A stretch of 64,000 nucleotides of DNA from Candidatus Hydrogenedentota bacterium (GTDB lineage: Bacteria > Hydrogenedentota > Hydrogenedentia > Hydrogenedentales > SLHB01). The position numbers were made by a program, and so were the translations under genes. The DNA lies in contig CAVUWV010000010.1 of NCBI GenBank assembly GCA_963745075.1, forward strand, positions 64,001-128,000, read 5' to 3'. Positions 50,351-59,140 of the stretch are shown piece by piece (positions within the stretch are counted from its first letter, which is position 1; each line of letters starts with the position of its first letter). The notes under the pieces are model-generated. The model did not search any database, was not told the origin of the DNA, and saw nothing but the letters and a program-made list of their open reading frames with translations.

Positions 50351-51420
50351 TTCGATTCTCCCTTCTTTCGCACGCCGAAGATTCTTGGCTGCGTGAGATT
50401 ATCAATCAATGGGGTGCACGCGTTGCCGAGCAGGATGGCGTACATCGTCCCCTCGGGTAGTCCGCCTTTCAGGCGGATCACGATGGTCACCCCGCCAATC
50501 AGCGCGCCGTATATCCAGACCCCCAACGTGGTCGTCGGCGATCCCACCATATCCGAGGCCATGAACATGGCGCCCAGCATCAACCCGCCGGAAAACAGCA
50601 TGAATAACGGAGTGGGATAGACCTTGGGATCGGACAGGTAAAATGCCCCGCTGACCATCGCGGCCGTCAGCAGGATACTGACTGGTATCCGCCAGTTCAT
50701 CATTCCGCGGAACATGAGATATAGACCGCAGATCAAGATCAGGATGGATGACGTTTCACCGGTCGAGCCCGCGATTTTTCCAAAGAAGAGGTCCACCACC
50801 GCGGTCGCGTGATGGTCGAACTTCATCTGGGACAAGGGCGTGGCGCCCGAGAACCCGTCCAGCGATAGTCCCGAAAGAAACGACGGTGCGGTCTCCGGTC
50901 CCATGAACGGGAGCGACAAGGTTGCCGGATTGATCAGATGCATGAACCGGTCCGGGGACCACAAATCGGGCCAGAAACACGGGGCCCACGTGGTAATCGC
51001 GACGGGAAACGCCGCCTGAAGGAAAGCGCGCCCCACCAGCGCAGGGTTGAAGGGATTCATGCCCAATCCGCCGAAGAGTGCCTTGCCCAGTCCGATGGAA
51101 ATCACTCCGCCGACCATGGCCATCCAAAGCGGGAACGTGGGGGGCAACGTCAAGGCAAGCAGCAGTCCGGTAATCACCGCGCTGTAATCGCCGATCGTCG
51201 TTGGTTTGCCGGCCAATTTACAGAGCACATGCTCCGTCAAGATGCAGGTTCCCGTCGTCACTATGATGAGGAGCAACGCGCTTAACCCGAACGAGAAGAC
51301 GGCAAACGCCGTAACCGGCACCAGCGCGTAGACCACATTCAACATGATCGTATCCGTCCTCAGCCGCCCCTTGATATGGGGCGACGTCCGGATATCGATG
51401 GCATGGGTTCCTACACTCAT
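50347..51420 (-). CDS. rnfD: Rnf subunit D
   Basis: SPH, FGGLG-x-N-x-FNPA, SGATPL FMN site. Confidence 0.93.
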   Translation of the reverse strand: MSVGTHAIDIRTSPHIKGRLRTDTIMLNVVYALVPVTAFAVFSFGLSALLLIIVTTGTCILTEHVLCKLAGKPTTIGDYSAVITGLLLALTLPPTFPLWMAMVGGVISIGLGKALFGGLGMNPFNPALVGRAFLQAAFPVAITTWAPCFWPDLWSPDRFMHLINPATLSLPFMGPETAPSFLSGLSLDGFSGATPLSQMKFDHHATAVVDLFFGKIAGSTGETSSILILICGLYLMFRGMMNWRIPVSILLTAAMVSGAFYLSDPKVYPTPLFMLFSGGLMLGAMFMASDMVGSPTTTLGVWIYGALIGGVTIVIRLKGGLPEGTMYAILLGNACTPLIDNLTQPRIFGVRKKGESK

Positions 51421-52766
51421 GAGGGAACCTTTCTTTCGCGAGTAATCGCCTTGGCGACGCGGAAGTACTGCACCAAGGGGATGTTGGATGGACACACGAA
51501 CGAGCAACAGCCACATTCGAAACAGTCCATGAGATGGTATTCTTCGGCCATCAAGGCGTACTCCTTCTGGCGCGCCAACAGCCCCAGTTCCGAAGGATTC
51601 AGGTGCATGGGACAGGCCTCGACACAGGAAGCGCACTTGATGCATGGAAAGACGCGGCCGTTACGTATGGCCAGCGGATGATCCTTGGCGATGGCGAGAA
51701 TTCCGGTGACGCCCTTGGTAACCGGCAAATCCAGCGAACTCACGGCCGTCCCCATCATGGGGCCGCCCAGGATTACCTGGCATTCCCGCTCTTTGAACCC
51801 AACCTGGTCCATAATGAAGCGTAGCGGCGTTCCAAGTGCCATCAGATAGTTGCCCGGATTGCGGACCCCCGTCCCCGAGACGGTCACGACCCGTTCGATG
51901 AGACCTTGCCGGACCGGCAGCAACTCGCCGATCTGCGCAAGGGTTGCTACGTTGAATACCGCCACGCCCACGTCGATGGGGATTCCACCCGAGGGCACTT
52001 CTCGATTCAACAAGGCTTTGGTCAGCATCTTTTCCGCGCCCTGGGGATACTTGGCCTCGATGGCTTCGACCGTACACGGAACCCCTTCCGGGATGCCGGC
52101 ACGCATCGTTGCGACCGCGTCCATCTTGTTGGTTTCGATCCCGACGATCGCGCGTTTTGCGCCGAGCGCGCGAAGAACGATTCGTATGCCCTTGTAGATG
52201 CTGTCGACCTGCTCGAGCATCACGCGGTGGTCGGTCGTCAGGAAGGGTTCGCATTCGCACCCGTTGACGATCACCGTGTCCACCGACTTTCCTTCGGGCA
52301 GCGCGAGTTTGACGTGCGTGGGAAAGGCTGCGCCCCCCAGTCCGACCACGCCGGTTGCCTGGACCGCTTTGACCAGTTCCTGCGGGGAGAGGCTGTCGAT
52401 ATCCGTCTCCGCCCCGTACAGGATCTCCTGATTGGCGGCCTGGTATTGCTCGATAAAGATGGCAGGGGACATCGTGCCGCGGACGTCACGCGCCAAGCCG
52501 ATCTTTTCGATCCGGCCCGTGACCGGCGCGTGCATCGGAACCGAAACAAATCCACCGGGCTCGGCGATCGGCTCTCCGCGGGCGACCTCCTGGCCTTCGC
52601 GCACGATGGGTTTTGCCGGGGCGCCGGTGTGTTGAGACAAGGGAATGACTAAATGGGGCGCGAAGGGCAGCCGCCGAATCGGCTTGTCCTTGGTCAGGTC
52701 CTTACTCTCGGGAGGATGAATGCCGTGCGAAAAAGTCTTTCGCGACGTTAGCGCGGATAGCCACAT
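51417..52766 (-). CDS. rnfC: Rnf subunit C
   Basis: GLGGAAFPT, NGCECEP, YPQGAEK, GGPMMG, CIKCASCVEACP, CFECGCCSFVCP. Confidence 0.95.
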   Translation of the reverse strand: MWLSALTSRKTFSHGIHPPESKDLTKDKPIRRLPFAPHLVIPLSQHTGAPAKPIVREGQEVARGEPIAEPGGFVSVPMHAPVTGRIEKIGLARDVRGTMSPAIFIEQYQAANQEILYGAETDIDSLSPQELVKAVQATGVVGLGGAAFPTHVKLALPEGKSVDTVIVNGCECEPFLTTDHRVMLEQVDSIYKGIRIVLRALGAKRAIVGIETNKMDAVATMRAGIPEGVPCTVEAIEAKYPQGAEKMLTKALLNREVPSGGIPIDVGVAVFNVATLAQIGELLPVRQGLIERVVTVSGTGVRNPGNYLMALGTPLRFIMDQVGFKERECQVILGGPMMGTAVSSLDLPVTKGVTGILAIAKDHPLAIRNGRVFPCIKCASCVEACPMHLNPSELGLLARQKEYALMAEEYHLMDCFECGCCSFVCPSNIPLVQYFRVAKAITRERKVPS

Positions 52767-52827
52767 CCCTCAATTATCCCTTCATCATCGCGTCGAGACG
52801 CGCTGCCGCGACGCGTACGTGATAAGA

Positions 52828-52866
52828 GGCCCGGCGCCATGTGTTGGTATCACTTCGCGCCGGGCC
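52828..52866 (-). other. GC-rich hairpin between PFOR and rnfC
   Basis: GGCCCGGCGC / GCGCCGGGCC 10-bp stem; no clear U-tract. Confidence 0.45.
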
Positions 52867-52873
52867 CATCGAT

Positions 52874-55800
52874 TTACGAGTTATACTTCGCCGCCCGCTT
52901 GACCAGTTTTTCGATCTCTTTTCCGGACTTGTCGGCCGGGATACCCGGTTGAATTGCCCGCGCGGCGCACTTTTCTGCGGCCTTCACCAAATCTTTGAAT
53001 GGGCCGCCTTTCGCGTTTTTGATGACCGCCTGCTTCTTGTCGTTCCAACCGAAGATCTTCGGATTCACGAGAACGCATTCGCCGCATCCCGTGCACTCGT
53101 TCGAGTCGAGATAGGGCGCGATGAACCCGTCACTCCCGGACGAACCGTTCCCCGATGCGGGCGCTACGGCCGTTTCCTTCGGAGCGGGTCCCGCGGATGC
53201 TTCCACCGGCGTCATCGCCGGCATGGGCGCGGATGGCATCACCATCGGCGCCGCGCCGTCTCCGCCCCCCGCGAGTTCGAGCAGCCCGGCGGTCAGTTTC
53301 TGCACGACATCCACACGGGTCTCATCTTTGATCGCCTGGATATCAACGTCTTTGCCGACACCTGCCAGTGCTTTCAACATGACCCAGAAGTTCCGGCGAT
53401 CTTCACACGCCTTGACGACCGGCTCGGCCACAATGACCCGGCTCAGCCGGTTCTTTTTGTCCACTGCCCACACGAAGGGGAACTTGCCCTCGCGGTCGTC
53501 CGCATCCAGTTGCAGGAACTCCGCCACCGGGACCATGTCATCGTTCCACGTATCCCGCGGGGCTTTCTTGAAGTGTTTGCGGAACCGCGCCTCCGTGACG
53601 GCGAAGTCGGCGAAGGTCAGCGGCAACTCCATGGAGCCCGGGCTTCCGTCTTCGTCCACATACGTCAACGTATAGGAAGGCCAATCGTCATCCAGAGCGG
53701 GGTTGCCGTCCAGATTGAAGCACTCTTCCGGCAACAGACCCTTGTCCGGGTCGTAGGTGAACACCGGATAGGCCCGCGACTCGAGGGCCAGCTTGCTCTG
53801 ATGCTTGCCCAGGTCGTCGCCGATGCCGTGTTCCGGCATACAGGCCGAGTACAGGTTAAAGAGGGCCGGCCGCTTGGCGATGATGCCGCGAATCATACCT
53901 TCGATGAGGTGCGACGTGTTCGCCATCGTACCTTGGAGCACATAGGTTGTCCGGTGGGCCATGCCGATGAGGCCGATTTCCTTCCGGATTTCTTCCTTAC
54001 CCTTGTGGGCCTTGCCGTACTGTGCCATATCCGACACCTGGCCGAAGAACCCGGACGTGCATGCCTGGCCGCCCGTGTTCGAATACACCTGCGTGTCGAG
54101 CACGACCACCTTGATGGGTTTGCCCGTCATCATCAGGCGGGAAAGGTTCTGGAAGCCGATGTCGTACATCGCGCCGTCGCCGCCCACGGCTACGACCGGC
54201 GGACACAGTGCGAATTCTTCATCCGAGAACTTGGTCCAGTCGAAGTACCGGAAGAAGTCATCGTGTTCCGCCGAATTGAACTTACCTTCGAGTTCCAACT
54301 CGGCCATGCGAATCGCTTTGAAGCCGTCGGCCATCTTGGCCATGTGGCCCTCAAAGACGCCCAAGGCCATGGAGGCGCTGTCCTGGAACAAGTGGTTCGC
54401 CCAGGGGAAGGGGTAGGGGTTGTAGGGATAGGTCGAACCCCACACCGAGGTGCAGCCCGTGCTGTTGATCATGCCCAGGCTCGAGCGTCCACGGCCGGTG
54501 GTGCCCTGGGTGTACTGCCATTTCAGATGCTTCAGTTTGGCCAGGAGCTGCGTGACGCGTTTCAGCCAATCGCTGTCCAACGGCGCACTCACTTTCGCTT
54601 TGTCGAGAGCGCCGGACAAATTCGACAGCGTCAGGTCCTTGTTCTTCAGCGCATCGATAGCGGAAACCATGGCGCTCGTATCGCCCACGTCGACCGATTC
54701 GGCCAGCTTCAGGCGGATATGCTTCTCAAGGCCCTGGATCATCTCTTCAATCTTGGTGATATGCCGTGCCACGCGGGGCCGCATCAGCGCTTCGACTGTC
54801 GCCGTGAACAGGTGCATGACGGTCTTCTCGCCGCACCCCAGGCAGGCGCCGTCGCCGCCGACCATCGATTTGTAGTTGGTCTTGTCGAGCAGCAACGTTT
54901 CGAGCGCACCGATGGCCTCCTCGAGATCGTCGATGCGGATGTAATCCTGGGAGGTATTCGGCAAGTCCAGCCAGAACCCCCAGTTCTTGCGCAAGGTCGT
55001 GACCGAATCCGACGTCTGCACCGTCATGTGCAGCGCATCATCCGGGCAAACCTGCACGCATTCCTTACAGCCTTTGCAGGTATACGGGTCGATGGTGATG
55101 GACAACAAGCCGCCGCTACCCGCTGCTTCCTTCTCCTTAAGGGAGTAGAAGGGTTTGGTCAGGGCGAACTTGAAGTCGCGGACTTCTTCCAGGAACCAGT
55201 CCAGTTCCTGCGACAGCTCGGCGCGCTCCGCTTCGGGGAGCGTGTGATCCTGCCGCAGGGCGTCCACCGCGATCTCGAGGTATGAATCGACCGCCGCGTC
55301 TTCGCCGCCCGCATTCATGAGGTCGCGCAGTTTGCGTTCCATCGTCCGGGACGCTTTGCGCAGGTGACGCACCGTTTTGCCGCCGACTTCAACGCGCTTG
55401 ATGGCGGTTTCAAACACTTCCGATACGGAGTTCACCAGACCGGGAATTGCGGAGTCGGGGCAGATCGTCCAGCACGAACCGCACCCGGTACATTTCTGCG
55501 GATCCCATTCCGGATGGTTGAACCGGATCTGCGTCATATCGCGGAACACGCCCGTCGCCGCCGGAATACAACTCATGCCGATAAACGGGTCGGTCAAATT
55601 GTCGCCGCCCTTACCGGTGAGGTAGAAGTTTCCGGTTTGTTCCCAGAACCGGTGGATGTCCGTCGCCGGGGCTTCACTTCCGGGCTGCTCCTTAAGCATC
55701 ACGGGAATCGCAATCTCTTTGCGGAGCGACGGGCTCTGGTCTTCGGACAAGGTCTTCTCGGTGATTTCCACGGATTCCACGAACCCGCGGCGCACCACTT

Positions 55801-57853
55801 TCACGTTGTCTTCGACGATGCGCGCGCCCTTGCCCCCGAACTTGTGCTGCAACTGGTCTTCAATCGCTTTGAACAGCGCCTCTTCGCTGAGGTTCGCCTG
55901 CTTCATCACCGGCGAGGCGTGGAAGAACGCGCCCATGAACGCGATGCCCTGCATGCGGAACTGCAGTTCCGGGTCGGTCGCGATTTCGCGCGCGACCTTA
56001 AACCCGTCGAGGTAGAAGACCCGGAGGTCGTTTTCAATGATGATCTGCTGGAACCGCCGTGGGATCTGTTTAGCCCAGACTTCCTGCGGATCTTCGTATT
56101 CGCTCTGGATGATGAAGACGCCGCCCTTCTTGAGACCGGCCAAGGGATTTGAATGCCCGAATACGTTCGGGTCCGGCGACAGCACAACGTCGACGTAGTA
56201 GTATTCGGAGTTGATGCGAATGGGTTCCGGCGCGGCCGACAGGTAGTATGTGGTCGGCTGGCCCTTCTTTTCGGAACCGTACTTCGGGTTCGCCTTGATG
56301 TAGTATCCGAGCAGGTCGAACAGCGTCATCGCCAGGTTCTTACCGGTGGTGATAGCGCCCCAGCCGCCCACCGAGTGGAACCGCACCGTGATGGCGTCTT
56401 TCGGCATCAGGTTCGGGTTCTCGCTGCCCCGCACCGCCAGGTCTTTAATGTTCGGATAGCCGTCGAGGATCTGTTGTTGGTAGATTTCCTGCTTCGGCGT
56501 AAACGGCTTGTCATGGATAAAGTCGATGGACATGTAGAACATCTTCTTCTTCTTGCCGTCCGGCAACATGTTTTCGATGGCGCCGATCACGCCTTCCGGC
56601 TGAAGGTCGCGGCTGCCCAGTCCATACGAGCCGGAATACAACGCCGGCAAATCTTCCGATTTCTTGTAGGTGTCGTACTTGGGATACACGAGGCCTTTGC
56701 CGTTGGACTTTCCGTTCTCGATACACTTGTTCAACGTGGCGCGAACTTCGCGCATCAAGGGAAGGTCCTCGGCCAGCGGCTGGTCGGTGCGTTCCAGTAC
56801 CGCGACGCCCTTGCGGCCCCTCAGAATCGGTCCCAACAGGTCGCCCGGGAACGGCCGGAACATGGTCATGTTCACCACGCCGATCTTGATGCCGCGCGTG
56901 TCGCGCAGGTAGTCCGCGACCACTTCCGCGCTCGGCACAAGGCTGCCTTGGCCGATGATGAGGTAGTCGGCGTCTTCGCAGCGATACGTGGAAACGCGCG
57001 AGTAGCGCCGCCCGGTCAGCTCGTAGAACTCCGACATGGCCTGTTCGGCCAGCTCGGCGATGTGGTCGAAGAAGAAGGGCCGTTGCGCGGCGACACTCTG
57101 CATGTACGAGTCCTGGTTCTGCACCGTGCCCGCCATGACCGGATTGTCCACGCTCCACAATTCGGGGATGCGCCGGCGGTATTCACCGAAGATCAGCCGC
57201 TGCGCCGGCGTCGGTGTTTCGATGATGTCGTCCGGGTGGCCGAGGTAATCTTCGATCAGTTCCCGTTCGGGGAGCATCAGGGATTCAATGAGGTGGGTGG
57301 TAAGGAATCCGTCCTGAGCGCAGATCCCCGGATTCAGCGAGAGTTCGGCGATTCGGTGCGAGATGATATTCAGATCGCTGACCTCTTGCACGTCTTTCCC
57401 GAAGACCTGGAAGAAACCCGTATCGTCCACGCAGTGATAGTCGTCGTGGCCCGCATGCACGTTAAGTGTTGCTTTGGTCATGGCGCGGCAGCCCATATTG
57501 AGCACGTAGGTCAGCCGTTTGCCGACCGCCGCGTACAGGGATTCGTGCATGTAGGCGATGCCTTGCCCGGAAGAGAAATTCGTCGAGCGGAGACCCGTCA
57601 TTGACAGGCCTGCCGTCACGGCCGCGGCGGCGTGTTCGCCTTCTGGCTCGATAAAGATCAAGGGGCGCCCCGACACATTGATGTGCCCGGCCGCCGCATT
57701 TTCCGCCCAGTACTCGCCCATCTGCGTGGACGGGGTAATGGGATACGCGCCGGCGGCGTCCGTGGATTCACGTTCGCACATGACGACCGCGGTGTTTCCA
57801 TCCATCGCGTCCCGTTTGCCGGGGTACTTAAACGTCTTTTCCTTAGCTTTCAT
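52874..57853 (-). CDS. Long single-chain pyruvate:ferredoxin/flavodoxin oxidoreductase with extra C-terminal ferredoxin
   Basis: YPITPS, SVGGWG, YGSEKKG, two CxxCxxCxxxCP, GACLGCGE, GCTSVW, GGDG...SNTGGQ, C-terminal CTGCGEC...C. Confidence 0.92.
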   Translation of the reverse strand: MKAKEKTFKYPGKRDAMDGNTAVVMCERESTDAAGAYPITPSTQMGEYWAENAAAGHINVSGRPLIFIEPEGEHAAAAVTAGLSMTGLRSTNFSSGQGIAYMHESLYAAVGKRLTYVLNMGCRAMTKATLNVHAGHDDYHCVDDTGFFQVFGKDVQEVSDLNIISHRIAELSLNPGICAQDGFLTTHLIESLMLPERELIEDYLGHPDDIIETPTPAQRLIFGEYRRRIPELWSVDNPVMAGTVQNQDSYMQSVAAQRPFFFDHIAELAEQAMSEFYELTGRRYSRVSTYRCEDADYLIIGQGSLVPSAEVVADYLRDTRGIKIGVVNMTMFRPFPGDLLGPILRGRKGVAVLERTDQPLAEDLPLMREVRATLNKCIENGKSNGKGLVYPKYDTYKKSEDLPALYSGSYGLGSRDLQPEGVIGAIENMLPDGKKKKMFYMSIDFIHDKPFTPKQEIYQQQILDGYPNIKDLAVRGSENPNLMPKDAITVRFHSVGGWGAITTGKNLAMTLFDLLGYYIKANPKYGSEKKGQPTTYYLSAAPEPIRINSEYYYVDVVLSPDPNVFGHSNPLAGLKKGGVFIIQSEYEDPQEVWAKQIPRRFQQIIIENDLRVFYLDGFKVAREIATDPELQFRMQGIAFMGAFFHASPVMKQANLSEEALFKAIEDQLQHKFGGKGARIVEDNVKVVRRGFVESVEITEKTLSEDQSPSLRKEIAIPVMLKEQPGSEAPATDIHRFWEQTGNFYLTGKGGDNLTDPFIGMSCIPAATGVFRDMTQIRFNHPEWDPQKCTGCGSCWTICPDSAIPGLVNSVSEVFETAIKRVEVGGKTVRHLRKASRTMERKLRDLMNAGGEDAAVDSYLEIAVDALRQDHTLPEAERAELSQELDWFLEEVRDFKFALTKPFYSLKEKEAAGSGGLLSITIDPYTCKGCKECVQVCPDDALHMTVQTSDSVTTLRKNWGFWLDLPNTSQDYIRIDDLEEAIGALETLLLDKTNYKSMVGGDGACLGCGEKTVMHLFTATVEALMRPRVARHITKIEEMIQGLEKHIRLKLAESVDVGDTSAMVSAIDALKNKDLTLSNLSGALDKAKVSAPLDSDWLKRVTQLLAKLKHLKWQYTQGTTGRGRSSLGMINSTGCTSVWGSTYPYNPYPFPWANHLFQDSASMALGVFEGHMAKMADGFKAIRMAELELEGKFNSAEHDDFFRYFDWTKFSDEEFALCPPVVAVGGDGAMYDIGFQNLSRLMMTGKPIKVVVLDTQVYSNTGGQACTSGFFGQVSDMAQYGKAHKGKEEIRKEIGLIGMAHRTTYVLQGTMANTSHLIEGMIRGIIAKRPALFNLYSACMPEHGIGDDLGKHQSKLALESRAYPVFTYDPDKGLLPEECFNLDGNPALDDDWPSYTLTYVDEDGSPGSMELPLTFADFAVTEARFRKHFKKAPRDTWNDDMVPVAEFLQLDADDREGKFPFVWAVDKKNRLSRVIVAEPVVKACEDRRNFWVMLKALAGVGKDVDIQAIKDETRVDVVQKLTAGLLELAGGGDGAAPMVMPSAPMPAMTPVEASAGPAPKETAVAPASGNGSSGSDGFIAPYLDSNECTGCGECVLVNPKIFGWNDKKQAVIKNAKGGPFKDLVKAAEKCAARAIQPGIPADKSGKEIEKLVKRAAKYNS

Positions 57854-57917
57854 GGCTCCACCTCAGTCTGTTTCAAGTGATTCCACGTGGCCGTCGTCCG
57901 ATACGCAGGATGTCATC

Positions 57918-58787
57918 TCAACCGACCGGCAATGCCGATTTTCGCGTGATCTTCCGTGCCGCCGCGCCTTTTCGTGTTCCCTCTTTTTCATCCAACCACA
58001 CAATCGCGCCCGTGGGGCAGCGCTGGATCGCGTCCTGCGAAGCTGCCTCGTTGCGCGAGTAATCGACTATGGCAAGATTATTTTTGATTTCGATCAATCC
58101 GGGAGCCGCGTCTGCCGCGCACAGACCGCAGCCGGTGCACGCAACCTCGCACTCCCGTTCCGCCTCGTCGCCTTTGGCGAGGCTTTTGCACGCCACCCAA
58201 AGACGGTGGCTTACCGGCTGAATGGAGAATAAGGCGCGCGGACAAATCGCTACGCAATCGCCGCACGCCGTACACTTCTCCGTATCCACCATCGGCAAGC
58301 CATGTTCGTCCATGGTGATCGCCCCGAAGTCACAGACATCGCGGCAATCACCAAACCCGAGACATCCCCAGGCACAACCCTTCCCGCCGCCGGCCACCAA
58401 TGCCGCCGCGCGACAGGTCGGGATACCCTCGTAATGGGCCCGAATCCGCGCTACGTGGGTTCCCCCCGCGCACGCAAGACGAGCCACGCGCTTTTCCTCT
58501 CGACCGGCCAACACGCCAAGCAAATCCGCGATCTGCTGCGTCATTTCCGGCGAATTCACCGTGCACTTGCCGGGAGTAATTTCGCCTTTGACCGCCATCT
58601 CTGCGAAGGCGCGGCACCCCGGTGTTCCGCATGCCCCGCAATTCGCTTTGGGGAGCATGTCTTCGACTTGGTCGATCCGGGGATCTTCGTAAACATAGAG
58701 TTTTCTATTCGCTACGGCCAGGATCGCCGAAAGGGCGCCTCCCAAACCAATCATGATACTCCCTGCTGTAACGATTTCTGTAAGCAT
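57918..58787 (-). CDS. rnfB: Rnf subunit B
   Basis: TM, LPKANCGACG-x-PGC, multiple ferredoxin motifs. Confidence 0.92.
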   Translation of the reverse strand: MLTEIVTAGSIMIGLGGALSAILAVANRKLYVYEDPRIDQVEDMLPKANCGACGTPGCRAFAEMAVKGEITPGKCTVNSPEMTQQIADLLGVLAGREEKRVARLACAGGTHVARIRAHYEGIPTCRAAALVAGGGKGCAWGCLGFGDCRDVCDFGAITMDEHGLPMVDTEKCTACGDCVAICPRALFSIQPVSHRLWVACKSLAKGDEAERECEVACTGCGLCAADAAPGLIEIKNNLAIVDYSRNEAASQDAIQRCPTGAIVWLDEKEGTRKGAAARKITRKSALPVG

Positions 58788-59056
58788 TCCACCAGGCCTT
58801 CGACGTTGCCTTGGCTCGTTGCCAAGACCCACCAGACTGTTAGCTGACAGCCTATACGCTATTTAGTATGCAACTTCAGTGCCAGTGGGTTTTCGATGTT
58901 GTCTCGATGTCTTAACATTCTCGTATGCAATTGTTTGCGATTGTTTTGGGTGACGGAACATCGTGTCCTCATTTGGTCTGCAGTTCTGCTCATGACATGA
59001 GTGTGCAGGACATATATGTCATGTGAAGATCTTCGGCAATCACCGCGATCGCCGGG

Positions 59057-59095
59057 AAAGACAAAACGGCGCGTCCCGCATTCAGGACGCGCCGT
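59057..59095 (-). terminator. Rho-independent terminator after the BACON-VWA gene
   Basis: Minus strand ACGGCGCGTCC-8 nt-GGACGCGCCGT-TTTGTCTTT. Confidence 0.8.
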
Positions 59096-59140
59096 CATTC
59101 TAGGCCTCTGTTGCAGATTTATGCAACTCTGTGCATTGAA

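Noticed and set aside
58991..59023. Redox-regulator operator upstream of rnfB (CATGACAT-N17-ATGTCATG)
   Set aside because: Matches neither Rex nor Fnr/Crp consensus; a single 8-bp IR is too weak to call
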